64,000 nt of DNA from an uncultured Chlamydiae bacterium (GCA_963828125.1 CAWHDP010000001.1:32001-96000); one strand, 5' to 3'; counted from the first letter of the stretch, positions 9,560 through 24,310 are shown. Translations and numbers: made by a program. The notes: generated by a model from the sequence alone, not told the origin.

Positions 9560-10448
9560 ACTCCTCCTCTTTGGCGAGCGTTGGATCAGACGGTCTCCCT
9601 GGTATTTCGCTCCGTTGAGTTGGGTTTATGCGGGGATCGTGCGGATGCGGAATCAACTGTACGACTGGCGCCTCCTCCCCGTTGAAAAAGTCCCTTGTAC
9701 GGTCGTCAGCGTCGGCAATCTGGTCGTCGGCGGAACCGGGAAGACGCCCTTCGTCCATCTGCTTGCAGCCGCTTTTCCCCACAAAAAAGTGGCGATCCTC
9801 TCGCGCGGCTATGGCGCACTCCCCGACGAGGCGATGCTCCTCGCGAAAAGATTGCCGAACGTGAAAGTGCTTGTCGGTAAAAATAGAGCGAAGCTGGCAA
9901 GGGAAGCTGCAAAAGAGGCTGAACTCCTCATTCTCGATGACGGATTTCAGCATAGGCGGCTTCACCGCGATTTTGACATTGTATTGATGCGGGAAAAAAA
10001 AGAGCGGTATTTGCCGTCTGGCTTTTTACGCGATAGCCCTGCGAGACTCAAAGAAGCGGACGCAGTGTTTGTCTCTGAAAAAGATTTTACGCTGGTTGTG
10101 AAACGAATTCTCGATCTTGAGGGAAATTTGATTTCCTCGATCAGAGGACGGGAAGTCGTTATTTTTTCTGGCATCGCAAACCCCAGCCGCTTCAAAAAAA
10201 CGGTTTTAGGACTCGGCGCCGTCATTATCAGTGAAAAGATTTTTGCCGACCACGCCGTCCCCGACCTTTCTAAGCTCCCTAGATCCAGCCTTTTCCTCTG
10301 CACAGAGAAAGACGCCGTCAAACTCCCCCCCACGGATCTCCCTATCTATTATTTGGAAATGGAGGTGCAATGGATCTCTGAGCAGGGCCGCTGGACGAAG
10401 TTAGTTGAAAAAATCGATCAAAATATCGATAATAGGGCCAGTTTATGA
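9546..10448 (+). CDS. lpxK: Tetraacyldisaccharide 4'-kinase
   Basis: SVGNLVVGGTGKTP, LSRGYG, ILDDGFQH, TEKDAVK. Confidence 0.95.
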   Translation: MLRDKLLLFGERWIRRSPWYFAPLSWVYAGIVRMRNQLYDWRLLPVEKVPCTVVSVGNLVVGGTGKTPFVHLLAAAFPHKKVAILSRGYGALPDEAMLLAKRLPNVKVLVGKNRAKLAREAAKEAELLILDDGFQHRRLHRDFDIVLMREKKERYLPSGFLRDSPARLKEADAVFVSEKDFTLVVKRILDLEGNLISSIRGREVVIFSGIANPSRFKKTVLGLGAVIISEKIFADHAVPDLSKLPRSSLFLCTEKDAVKLPPTDLPIYYLEMEVQWISEQGRWTKLVEKIDQNIDNRASL

Positions 10449-11575
10449 ACGGCAATATAAAAATTACTTTACCCAAGCTGGGCGAGAGCATAGTCAGCGC
10501 CACAGTGGTTCAGTGGTTCAAAAAAGTGGGCGACCCGATCGCGCTCGATGAGCCGCTCTTGGAAGTGTCGACTGACAAAGTCAATAGCGAAATCCCCTCG
10601 CCCGTCGCGGGCGTGCTGCAAGAAATTTTTGCAGGACCTGGCCAAGAACTTCCAGTTGGCGAACCGCTTGCCTCCATCTCTCTGACCGCCGTCGGGGCGG
10701 CGGCGCCTCCTGCCTCAAGTCAAGAAGACTTTCTCTCCCCTTCAGTCATGCGCCTCTTGCGTGAAAAAGGGATCGCCCTCTCTGAGGTCGACAAGATGTC
10801 TCGCACCGGCGCGGGAGGCCGCCTCACAAAAAAAGATGTGGAGGATTATGTCGTCCCTACAGCTATACCTTGCCCTGCCGCCTCAAATACAGAGCGGGTG
10901 AAGATGACTGCCATGCGGAAAGCCATCGCCGATAACATGGTCAAATCTTTTTACGAGGCGCCCCACGCCTCGCTCATCACCGAAGTCGATGTGACGGAGC
11001 TTCTCAAGTTCATCCGAGATCAAAAACAGACTTTTCTTGCAAAGACAGGCGCTAAACTCACCATCACCCCATTCGTCGCCCGTGCGATGGCTCGCGCTCT
11101 CCAGACCTACCCGCTCCTGAACGCCTCTTTGGATGGAGACATGATCGTAATGAAGCGATTTGTCAACCTAGGCGTCGCGGTCAGCGTAGATCAGGGGGTG
11201 ATGGTTCCTGTGATTAAGGATTGTCAGACGAAAACCCTCTCCCAGATCGGCCAGCAGATCGCTCAGCTTGCCGAAAAGACCCGGAACCACATTCTTTCTC
11301 CGAGCGACATTCAGGAAGGATCTATTACCCTCACGAATTTTGGGATGACCGGCACGATGATCGGCGTTCCCATCATCCGCTATCCGGAAGTGGCCATTGT
11401 CGGCCTCGGCGCCATCACCAAGAAGGTCGCCGCCATGCCAGATGACTCGATCGCCATCCGCTCCGTCCTCTTCCTCTCCCTTACCTTCGACCACCGCGTC
11501 TTGGACGGCATCTACGGGTGCGGTTTTCTCAGCGAGCTGAAAAAACGGCTCGAAGAGGACATTTTCTTGGATTAA
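10445..11575 (+). CDS. 2-oxoacid dehydrogenase E2 dihydrolipoamide acyltransferase (SucB-like or branched-chain type)
   Basis: Lipoyl domain EVSTDKVNSEIPSP, E3-binding GAGGRLTKKDV, catalytic DHRVLDG. Confidence 0.93.
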   Translation: MNGNIKITLPKLGESIVSATVVQWFKKVGDPIALDEPLLEVSTDKVNSEIPSPVAGVLQEIFAGPGQELPVGEPLASISLTAVGAAAPPASSQEDFLSPSVMRLLREKGIALSEVDKMSRTGAGGRLTKKDVEDYVVPTAIPCPAASNTERVKMTAMRKAIADNMVKSFYEAPHASLITEVDVTELLKFIRDQKQTFLAKTGAKLTITPFVARAMARALQTYPLLNASLDGDMIVMKRFVNLGVAVSVDQGVMVPVIKDCQTKTLSQIGQQIAQLAEKTRNHILSPSDIQEGSITLTNFGMTGTMIGVPIIRYPEVAIVGLGAITKKVAAMPDDSIAIRSVLFLSLTFDHRVLDGIYGCGFLSELKKRLEEDIFLD

Positions 11576-12993
11576 GAGTATCCCGCTTTGCCGTCGAAGA
11601 GATATAAAAACTCGGCCCTGATCACATCCATATTCACGTGGTCGAACGCATGGATGATCTTGATCAGGTCGTCTTGGGACACTGTCCGTTGGTCATCTGA
11701 CACAAACCGGCAGCGCCACTCTTCAATGCAGAACGTTTCGGGCTGCCCTTGGGGCCAAACACGAGTGCCTCGGTTGGTGATCATAGTGAGGCGGAGAGGA
11801 CCTACGTTGATATGGGAAATTTTGGCAAAGAAGTCTCCCAATTGTCCTCGGAAGAAAATATAGACGTCCACCCCGATCAAATGTCTGACCGGCTCGGTGG
11901 GGCTATACTTGTGAACCAGCTCGCTTTTCCCTTTGCCGAAAATAGCGGCTTTCAGTTGATCCGGCTTTTTCCCGAGGTTTTTCACGACTGCCTCGGCAAA
12001 TTCCTGTGTCCCTACCTTTTTTTGGCTCACCCCTTCCTTAAAAATATCGTAGGTATGGATCCCTTCTTCTAACGTTTTCAGCCAACTATTTTGGATTTTG
12101 GCCGCGATCTCTGGTTGGCCAATGTGGTCGAGCATTTGGACGGCGGCTAGGAGGAGTCCCGATGGATTGGCGACATTTTGCCCGGCTCTGCGGGGCGCAG
12201 AGCCGTGGATCGCCTCGAACATGGCCCCTTTGTCGCCGATATTCGCCGAGCCGGCAAGGCCTACGGAACCGGCTATTTGCGCAGCGACGTCAGACAAAAT
12301 ATCTCCATATAAATTCGGCATGACGATCACGTCAAACACTTCGGGCGTGTCGGCGAGCTTAGCGGCGCCGATATCGACGATCCAGCTCTCATTGAGGATA
12401 TCGCCGTATTCTCCCGCAATTTCATCAAACACTTTGTGGAAGAGTCCGTCGGAGAACTTCATGATGTTATCCTTCATGAAGAGGGTCACCTTTTTCCGGC
12501 CGTGCCGCCGGGCGTAGTCGAACGCGTAGCGGACGATCTTCTCGGAGCCTGCTCGGGAGATCAGCTTGATCGAAGTACAGACGTCGGGCGTTTGCCGATA
12601 CTCGATCCCCGAATAGAGATCCTCCTCATTTTCTCGGACGATGACCACATCCATCTCGGGATGTTTGGTCGCCACATAAGGGTAGTAGGAGATGCAAGGG
12701 CGCACATTTGCGTACAGGCCGAGGGTCGTCCGGATCGTCACATTGAGGCTTTTGAACCCCCCCCCTTGAGGCGTTGTAATCGGCGCCTTCAAGAAGGCCT
12801 TCGTTCCCCGAATGATATTCCACATCTCTGGATCCATTCCGGTCATAAAGCCTTTCAGATACAGTTTCTCTCCAATTTCGATCCGATGCACCTCGATTTG
12901 GGCCCCTGCCGCCTCTAAAATATGGAGTGTCGCCTTCATGATTTCTGGGCCGATTCCGTCCCCTTCGGCCACTGCAATCGGTGTCTTTGCCAT
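11572..12993 (-). CDS. icd: Isocitrate dehydrogenase, long form with C-terminal extension
   Basis: GDGIGPEI, KAPITTPQGGGFKSLNV, RENEEDLY, NLYGDILSD, FEAIHGSAP. Confidence 0.95.
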   Translation of the reverse strand: MAKTPIAVAEGDGIGPEIMKATLHILEAAGAQIEVHRIEIGEKLYLKGFMTGMDPEMWNIIRGTKAFLKAPITTPQGGGFKSLNVTIRTTLGLYANVRPCISYYPYVATKHPEMDVVIVRENEEDLYSGIEYRQTPDVCTSIKLISRAGSEKIVRYAFDYARRHGRKKVTLFMKDNIMKFSDGLFHKVFDEIAGEYGDILNESWIVDIGAAKLADTPEVFDVIVMPNLYGDILSDVAAQIAGSVGLAGSANIGDKGAMFEAIHGSAPRRAGQNVANPSGLLLAAVQMLDHIGQPEIAAKIQNSWLKTLEEGIHTYDIFKEGVSQKKVGTQEFAEAVVKNLGKKPDQLKAAIFGKGKSELVHKYSPTEPVRHLIGVDVYIFFRGQLGDFFAKISHINVGPLRLTMITNRGTRVWPQGQPETFCIEEWRCRFVSDDQRTVSQDDLIKIIHAFDHVNMDVIRAEFLYLFDGKAGYS

Positions 12994-13040
12994 AAATAAC
13001 CCTTTTCGTTTAAGTGTAGCAGTTTGTAAAATTAACGGTT

Positions 13041-14000
13041 ATGGTAAAGAAGCTCTTTGACGACCAGCGCGCGCTTCTCAATGATTTTTTCGATCGGATC
13101 GATCATAGGGAGACTCAAAAAATTTTCGAGCGGCTCCTCGCCTGTAGAGGCGTCATTATCCTCTCCGGCGTCGGGAAAAGCGGCCACATCGCTGAAAAAA
13201 TAGCGACGACCCTCCTCTCCACGGGCACCCGTTCCGTTTTTCTTTCTCCTGCTAATGCCCTCCATGGAGATATCGGTTTCATCTCGCCGGACGATATTTT
13301 CCTCTTCTTCAGCAAAAGCGGCTCCTCCCAGGAGCTCGTCGACCTTTTACCCCATGTCAAAAATAAGGGGGCTGCGACTATTGCAGTCGTGGCGGCTCCC
13401 CAATCAAGGCTGGCTAAACTCTCCGATCTTTCGATCATCCTCCCCATTGAAAGGGAAATCTGTCCCTACGATTTGGCCCCGACGACCTCCGCCGCAGCGC
13501 AGCTCATCTTTGGCGATTGTCTGGCTATTGCGCTCATGCAGGCCAAGCGCTTTACGTTAGCCGATTTTGCCGCCAACCATCCGAGCGGCTCTTTGGGGCG
13601 CAAAATCACCTTCAAAGTGGCCGACCTGATGCTGAAAGGGGACGACCTACCTCTCTGTAAGTCGACCGATCTGCTCCTCGACGTCCTGCATGAACTCTCC
13701 CTCAAACGGTGCGGCTCTCTTTTGATTGCCGATGAACAGAGGGTTTTGCTGGGGATCTTCACGGACGGAGACCTGAGGCGGGCCCTCCAAGCAAAAGGTC
13801 CCGACGCCCTACGCCAGCCCCTCTCGATGCTGATGAACTGTTCGCCAAAGAGCGTCTCTCCAGAGCAGCTTGCTATCGAAGCTGTAAAAAAAATGGAAGA
13901 AGATCCAGCCCGCCCCATTACCGTTTTGCCGGTTTTGAAAGAGGGGAGGGTCGTGGGACTTGTCCGCATGCACGATATACTTCAAAAGGAACTCTCATGA
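13041..14000 (+). CDS. kdsD: Arabinose-5-phosphate isomerase (KpsF/GutQ, SIS plus CBS)
   Basis: GVGKSGHIA, HGDIG, SKSG, APTTS, HPSGSLG, GIFTDGDLRR. Confidence 0.94.
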   Translation: MVKKLFDDQRALLNDFFDRIDHRETQKIFERLLACRGVIILSGVGKSGHIAEKIATTLLSTGTRSVFLSPANALHGDIGFISPDDIFLFFSKSGSSQELVDLLPHVKNKGAATIAVVAAPQSRLAKLSDLSIILPIEREICPYDLAPTTSAAAQLIFGDCLAIALMQAKRFTLADFAANHPSGSLGRKITFKVADLMLKGDDLPLCKSTDLLLDVLHELSLKRCGSLLIADEQRVLLGIFTDGDLRRALQAKGPDALRQPLSMLMNCSPKSVSPEQLAIEAVKKMEEDPARPITVLPVLKEGRVVGLVRMHDILQKELS

Positions 14001-15241
14001 TTATTCTCGTCTTTATCGTAGGTTATTTAGCCATCATTTTTGAGCATAAAATCAATGTGAATAAAACTGCCTCTGCCCTTTTAATGGCTGTCCTCACCTG
14101 GATGTTCCTCTTTTTCTACGCCCCGAATCTCCATGCGCTTGGCGAAAAGGTGAACGACATCAGCCAGATCATTTTTTTCCTCCTTGGGGCCATGACCCTC
14201 GTCGAAGTGATCGACGTCCATAAAGGATTTAAAGTCATCACCGATCTCATCCATACGAACTCGAAGAGAAAAATGCTCTGGATTATGGGACTGACGACTT
14301 TTTTTCTGTCGGCTGTTCTCGACAACCTAACGACGACGATTGTCATGATCTCTTTACTGCGCAAATTGGTTCCCGATGCAAAAGATCGGCTCCTCCTTGG
14401 CGCGACGGTCGTCATCGCCGCAAACGCAGGCGGCGCCTGGACGCCGATCGGAGATGTGACGACAACAATGCTCTGGATCAACGGGAATATCACCTCGCTC
14501 AACGTGATGAAAATCCTCCTTTTCCCAAGCCTCATTGCCCTCGTCTCCGCATTGATCCTCCTTGGATGGCGCCTCAAAGGGGAATATCCCCACGCCACCG
14601 CCCGCGCGCACGATGAAGAGATCGAGCCAGGAGCGAGAATCGTCTTTTTCTGCGGAATCGGCGCGCTGATTTTCGTCCCCATTTTCAAAGCCCTCACTGG
14701 ACTGCCTCCCTTTATGGGGATCCTCCTTTCGCTCGGAGCCCTCTGGCTCATCACCGACGTGATGCACGCGCCTCATGAAACGAGAGAGCACCTCCGCTTG
14801 CCCCAAATCCTCACACGGATCGACACCTCCGGCGTCCTCTTTTTCTTAGGGATATTGCTCTGCATCAGCTCGCTCGACGTCGCAGGCATACTGAACCAAT
14901 TGGCCCACTTCCTCGACGCCACGATCGGCAATCTTTCGATCATCGCCACCCTCATTGGACTCATCTCCGCGATCATCGATAACGTCCCGCTCGTCGCAGC
15001 CGGCATGGGGATGTACGATCTGCAGACCCACCCCCAAGACTCCTACCTCTGGCAAATGCTCGCTTATTGCGCAGGCACTGGCGGCAGCATTTTGATCATC
15101 GGTTCGGCAGCCGGCGTCGCCTTCATGGGACTCGAAAAAGTCGATTTCCTTTGGTACTTGAAGAAAGTGAGTTTGATCGCGCTCGCAAGCTACCTCGTCG
15201 GCGTCGGCGCGCTCATCTTGCAAGAAGCGCTCCTTAGATAG
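13997..15241 (+). CDS. nhaD: Na+/H+ antiporter, NhaD family
   Basis: FFLSAVLDNLTTTIV, AANAGGAWTPIGDVTTTMLW, SAIIDNVPLVA, AGTGGSILIIGSAAGV. Confidence 0.93.
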   Translation: MIILVFIVGYLAIIFEHKINVNKTASALLMAVLTWMFLFFYAPNLHALGEKVNDISQIIFFLLGAMTLVEVIDVHKGFKVITDLIHTNSKRKMLWIMGLTTFFLSAVLDNLTTTIVMISLLRKLVPDAKDRLLLGATVVIAANAGGAWTPIGDVTTTMLWINGNITSLNVMKILLFPSLIALVSALILLGWRLKGEYPHATARAHDEEIEPGARIVFFCGIGALIFVPIFKALTGLPPFMGILLSLGALWLITDVMHAPHETREHLRLPQILTRIDTSGVLFFLGILLCISSLDVAGILNQLAHFLDATIGNLSIIATLIGLISAIIDNVPLVAAGMGMYDLQTHPQDSYLWQMLAYCAGTGGSILIIGSAAGVAFMGLEKVDFLWYLKKVSLIALASYLVGVGALILQEALLR

Positions 15242-15250
15242 GTTTTGAGG

Positions 15251-15287
15251 TATACTGCGGCCACCCCAAAAGTGTGGCCGCAGTACA
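15251..15287. repeat. Family A palindromic repeat, internally deleted copy
   Basis: tatactgcggccaccccaaaagtgtggccgcagtaca; matches the 48-bp copies with an 11-bp deletion at a gtg microhomology. Confidence 0.9.
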
Positions 15288-15343
15288 GTTAATGTCCAGT
15301 TCAAATGGACAATTGCGGGTAGGCTGTATGAACAACCCTATTT

Positions 15344-16588
15344 TCACCAAAATAGTTTAACCCACTGAATAATAAAAATAGCCAATGCAAATACCCCCGC
15401 TCCAATTAATGCAGGCTTGCCTCCTGCTACCTTGTATTCTCCTATATATTTTCTTCGGTACCTCCCAATCCAAATCATACTGACCGGTATCATCCCTGAC
15501 AGAAGCGCATCTCCAAACCCGCCGCTCGCGTCGAGAAAATTCAAAAGAGCCTTTTGAAACAACATCGCAAGGAAAAGACACGGCAGAATCGATACTGCGA
15601 TAATCGTCTCCTTGCGGGGATATTTGCCTAAACCCTTGAACATATCGCGGACAAAGTCGAACAAGGCTATCGATAACCCCAAATAGGAGGTGACAAGGGC
15701 AAGAAATGCGAACGCATCCATCACCACAAACACAGTAGGGTTGGAAAAATGGACTTTAAAAGGCTCTACGATCAAAGAGTTGTTCTCAAAAGCTGCATGT
15801 AAACCATCAGCGCCTTCAAACGGGATGATCCCATGAATGATGAGTAGCCATAGAAAATAGACTGCGAATGGAACCGCGGTGCCTATTAGAATAGATTTTT
15901 TCAGCTTGGCTGCATTGTAGTTCAGATAAGAACACAGAGAGGGGACGATCATCTGATGGCTGAAGGCTGCGAAGATCAAAGGAAAACAGCTCAATCCTTG
16001 CACCCACGCAGGACGAAATGTCAGATAGTCGAGCCGGAGATGAAATAGTCCGAGACAGACCAAATAACAATAAAAAACTCCCATGAGGAGGACGAACCAG
16101 CTATTGACCTTGCTGATGAACGCCAATCCTAATGAGACTAATCCTCCAAACAGGACCGTAAATAACACGCAGCACATTGAGTATCCCAGTGAAATACCAA
16201 GCAGGCTTGTAATCCAGTAGTCAAACAATAAGGCTCCGCCGGAGGTATAAGCGACCAGGGAGGCCGTGTTCATAAAGAGATAAACAATGAGGCTTAGTAT
16301 TCTGCCCGGGGCGCCTAGGAGCGCTTGGGCGATCGTGGAAAAGTGCGATTGATCGCGAAGCCATAAAGTGGCCTCGACGAGGAGAAGTCCCGTATATGAC
16401 ATAAAGATCCAACTCGCAAGAAGCACCAGGGACGCAATGCAAAAACCAGAGTCGGCGGTTTGGATGGGCATTGCGAGCATTCCGCCGCCGATACAGGTTC
16501 CACATACGAGCATCGCCCCCTTCCAAACTGAAAGTCCGGCAGTCTCTCCGTCTCTTAAGATCGTTGTCGACATATCAATGTGCGCCAA
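15344..16588 (-). CDS. Aromatic amino acid permease (TyrP/Mtr, HAAAP family)
   Basis: GAMLVCGTCIGGGMLAMP, YTGLLLVEA, FSHQMIVPS, ALVTSYLG. Confidence 0.88.
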   Translation of the reverse strand: MAHIDMSTTILRDGETAGLSVWKGAMLVCGTCIGGGMLAMPIQTADSGFCIASLVLLASWIFMSYTGLLLVEATLWLRDQSHFSTIAQALLGAPGRILSLIVYLFMNTASLVAYTSGGALLFDYWITSLLGISLGYSMCCVLFTVLFGGLVSLGLAFISKVNSWFVLLMGVFYCYLVCLGLFHLRLDYLTFRPAWVQGLSCFPLIFAAFSHQMIVPSLCSYLNYNAAKLKKSILIGTAVPFAVYFLWLLIIHGIIPFEGADGLHAAFENNSLIVEPFKVHFSNPTVFVVMDAFAFLALVTSYLGLSIALFDFVRDMFKGLGKYPRKETIIAVSILPCLFLAMLFQKALLNFLDASGGFGDALLSGMIPVSMIWIGRYRRKYIGEYKVAGGKPALIGAGVFALAIFIIQWVKLFW

Positions 16589-16722
16589 TCGCTAGATGGA
16601 ATACGAGGATGATCCTTTTGACGGCGAACCCCTCTTGAAGTTGTTGAAAAAAAATTTTCTGCGAATCCCCTATGAGGCATGCCGAAGAAGTATCTCAAAT
16701 GGATAGCAAATCTGTCAAATCA

Positions 16723-16775
16723 TATACTGCGGCCACCCCAAAGTAAAAGTGTGAATTTGGGGTGGCCACAGTATA
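16723..16775. repeat. Family A palindromic repeat (53 bp, 5-bp loop duplication)
   Basis: tatactgcggccaccccaaagtaaaagtgtgaatttggggtggccacagtata. Confidence 0.92.
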
Positions 16776-16802
16776 ACAATTTTGAGCCGCAAGGTATTCA
16801 AG

Positions 16803-16829
16803 AAAAGGCCCCGCAAATGCGAGGCCTCT
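16803..16829 (-). terminator. Probable intrinsic terminator of the MOMP-like gene
   Basis: Minus strand aggcctcgcatttgcggggcc followed by tttt. Confidence 0.65.
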
Positions 16830-16858
16830 GCACACTTTACTAGGATTGCAACCGATCG

Positions 16859-18010
16859 TTAGATGTCGAATTGCAGTCTGAGAGAAAACCCGTTCAGGGT
16901 CAGATTGCCGCGGCTGACGACATCGTTGGCATATGTGCCAGGCCCTGCGCTACCGGTCCCTGTAGAGCCAGAGAAGAATTTCCTCAAGTTGAGTTGATCG
17001 AACCACTCGTGGAACTCGTAACCTGCTTTCAAGCCAACATGATTCCTCTTCTTGTTGAAATACATGCCCCAGCCAATGCCGATCGCCATCTCAAGGTTCG
17101 GCGTGTTTTGGTAGTAATCGTGTCTGATGTCATACCCGTCTGCCTCTGCTCCAGGAAGGATGTAATTTTGTGAGATCTCAAATTTGCCGAAGAGCATCGA
17201 AGCGGCTATGTTGCCAAATAAGCACCATCCTTTGCCCAAAATCCAGTCTGTATCAAGACCGGCGCGAGTGCCAATCCCCCAGAAATTGTTGTCTGCGTGC
17301 ATAATCGTCCGGGTATCCGCACCGTCGCCGCTGTAATCGGCCGAAACGTGCTGATCGATCCAGCCGCCCCGCAGGCCAAAATGGGGATTGACCACCAAAT
17401 AGCGGCTCACATAGTACGGCTTACCCAGCCTGACGTCGATTGTATCGTAGGAACTATCCCAACAGCTGCTTGATCTCGGACCGATCTGCGCTCCCGGCGT
17501 ACCTACCCCCAGCGAGTTGAGAGGAATCACGACGCCGCCAGAAGTGGTCGCATTCGCATGTTCGTAATTGGTGATGTTCAGCCAAGTCCAATTGAAATCG
17601 ACATTCCAAGCGTCGTGGTCAAGATAAAATCCAATCCCTACGCGGAAGCCAGGATTGTAATCATAGTCATGACCATTCCCTGAAAATCCCCGTACGCGTC
17701 CTTGCGTAATAGAGTTCGAGTCAGTGGGCGTTGAGGAATCTTGGATGACAAATTCCATCCCATCTTGCTTCGCCTGAAAAGCCAATCCATCTACGTGTAT
17801 ATAGAAATCTTTGGGACAATTCAGATCCATATCAAAAGGGTATGCAAATGCGAACGGGCCGGGTTTTGGCTCTTCGCAGCATACTTGTTGCACGGGAGGT
17901 TCGCAAGGGTCTCTCGGTATCGCGTACAGACTCGTCGTCGCCACAAAGGCGGCAACAGAGGACGCTAGCACCCCGCTGAACGCACTATTCCACTTAAAAT
18001 GCATAGACAT
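16859..18010 (-). CDS. MOMP-like beta-barrel outer membrane protein (Legionella MOMP/Lpg1974-type), Cys-rich N-terminus
   Basis: Signal peptide, YNPGFRVGIG, PHFGLRGGWIDQ, GYEFHEWFDQ, C-terminal LTLNGFSLRLQFDI. Confidence 0.82.
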   Translation of the reverse strand: MSMHFKWNSAFSGVLASSVAAFVATTSLYAIPRDPCEPPVQQVCCEEPKPGPFAFAYPFDMDLNCPKDFYIHVDGLAFQAKQDGMEFVIQDSSTPTDSNSITQGRVRGFSGNGHDYDYNPGFRVGIGFYLDHDAWNVDFNWTWLNITNYEHANATTSGGVVIPLNSLGVGTPGAQIGPRSSSCWDSSYDTIDVRLGKPYYVSRYLVVNPHFGLRGGWIDQHVSADYSGDGADTRTIMHADNNFWGIGTRAGLDTDWILGKGWCLFGNIAASMLFGKFEISQNYILPGAEADGYDIRHDYYQNTPNLEMAIGIGWGMYFNKKRNHVGLKAGYEFHEWFDQLNLRKFFSGSTGTGSAGPGTYANDVVSRGNLTLNGFSLRLQFDI

Positions 18011-18453
18011 CTCCAGTTTTTTGTTTAGAGGCAGCTTTCACAGGGCCAGACCTCATGGTTTAAAACCCCCCAAGGATTTTGTCCGCTCTCAATGCTGTTT
18101 TTCTCAGCTGAGCTTTCCTACGGGATTGGTTTTTTACCACAGTAATTTTTTGACCATAAATATGCAATAAAAATTTACAGCTCCCAATCCTCCGCGCGAG
18201 CTTCAAAAACATTAAAAAATACGCATCTTATTAATTTTCATATGCTTGCGTTTGTGTTTTTGAAAAAATATTGCCGAAAATGACTAAGGTTTAGTATGTT
18301 CGTAGCTTCGCTGAAAGGAGAAATCCGAGGAAAGCGAAAAGGGACAGCGAGACTGACCCGCTAGTATTTTGACAGCAGAAGAAGAGAAGAGTGTTTTGAA
18401 AAAGAACAAGCTTGTGTAAGGTCAACTGACCTTACTCGTCAAAAGTAATTAAT

Positions 18454-20004
<1,551 letters not shown>

Positions 20005-20193
20005 AAAGAGAAATGGGAACTCACTTCGGTGATCCCATAGGTTGAAAGCTTGTTCCGATCTCCACTCTTCTCTTTTTCTGCTGTCAAAGCTTGAAAGTTT
20101 GAATTACAGGCATTAACACGATAACTATAATTTTATAGATCATTTTTTTTATTAATTTGAGTCGGCGCTTGAAGAAGGCAACAAAAATACGTT

Positions 20194-23133
<2,940 letters not shown>

Positions 23134-23208
23134 GCATTTTTTTCGAGTCTTTTTCAAGAGCCGATTCAAGAGAATAAGAAGAGTAAATGCCTGTAATTCA
23201 AAATTTTT

Positions 23209-23322
23209 TCTGGTGGCCATAGAGAGGGGGAAATACCTGATCCCATCCCGAACTCAGAAGTCAAGACCCTCGTCGCCGATGGTACTAGTCTCAAGAGACT
23301 GGGAGAGTAGGTAGCTGCCAGA
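23209..23322 (+). rRNA. rrf: 5S rRNA
   Basis: tctggtggc...gctgccaga terminal stem, cccatcccgaactcagaagtcaag, gggagagtagg. Confidence 0.97.
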
Positions 23323-23331
23323 TTTTCATCC

Positions 23332-23367
23332 AGCCCTGATTAAAGCAATTTAATCAGGGCTTTTTTT
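23332..23367 (+). terminator. rRNA operon intrinsic terminator
   Basis: agccctgattaaa-gcaa-tttaatcagggct followed by a T-tract. Confidence 0.9.
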
Positions 23368-23391
23368 GTTTAGTTCTGTTACAATAGCGAA

Positions 23392-24310
23392 ATGATTCAA
23401 TCATTGCGTGTAATTGTCAGTAATTATTGTCCGAGTTTTGTTAAGAAGGGGGCGGCTGTTGCTGCTGGCGCTATTGTAACATATTCGATCATAAGCAGTT
23501 CCGATTTTGTTTCTGGGATAGAACTCGCCTTATTGGGAGTGAGTGCGACTTTTGCTGTTATGGCTGCCAAAAAATTAATGAGTATCGTCAGGAAAGAGAG
23601 GAGCTATCAACATATTTGTGAGACTCCTTACAAAGCAAGCTGGTTGCAGCTTCAAGAACAGATGTGTCGCCAGCCCCCCCTTCCCCCCGCAAGACGGTTG
23701 TTTTAGCGGTAGCTCTTTTCTTTGCAGAAAGTGTCCTCGACCGGATGAATATCTCGCGACCTGGCATATGATTTACAACCGAAAATGTGTGATTATAGAT
23801 GTAAGCCAATCAGACCCTCCTTTTTATCCCCAGTTAGGAAAAAAGTTGACATTTCCTAGTTTCATAGGCGACATGGTAGTGACCTGTGAAAAGAACAAAG
23901 ACAATCTATATACATACAGTTTGCATGCCGGCCACAGAATAGTCGAGATCGCCCGTTACCATTTTAATGCATGGCCTAATCATGGGATGGTTGATGTTGA
24001 CATATTAGAGCAGTTAACAGAGATGGCATGTAAAGAGACACATCCCGTTTGGGTTCATGGCAGCGATGAATCAGGGCCAGCTGGAACGGTGATTGCGGCC
24101 TCTATGCTCAAACGGCAGATTCAAGGCGGAGCCATCACCGCAATGGATCTAGAATCTAAATTGATTGCATTGATTGTAACTCTTCGCGCACAACAATCTG
24201 TGGATATTGTCCCAAATATCGGACATTTTAGTCTGCTTTGCGAGTACGGAAAACGGCTCCTTGCTGAGAAGCCGTCCAACCAATATACTGCGGCCACCCC
24301 AAAAGTGTGA
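23392..24310 (+). pseudogene. Frameshifted gene: Inc-like hydrophobic N-terminus plus degenerate protein-tyrosine-phosphatase domain
   Basis: ORFs 23392-23706 and 23618-24310 fuse into 305 aa on removing one C from the C7/C6 tracts (23674-23688); PTP-like motifs KCP..TWHM, YHFNAWPNHG, PVWVHGSDESGPAGT, LRAQQ. Confidence 0.65.

Noticed and set aside
20005..20193. tRNA in the 16S-23S spacer
   Set aside because: No cloverleaf or T-loop motif; the spacer holds only processing stems
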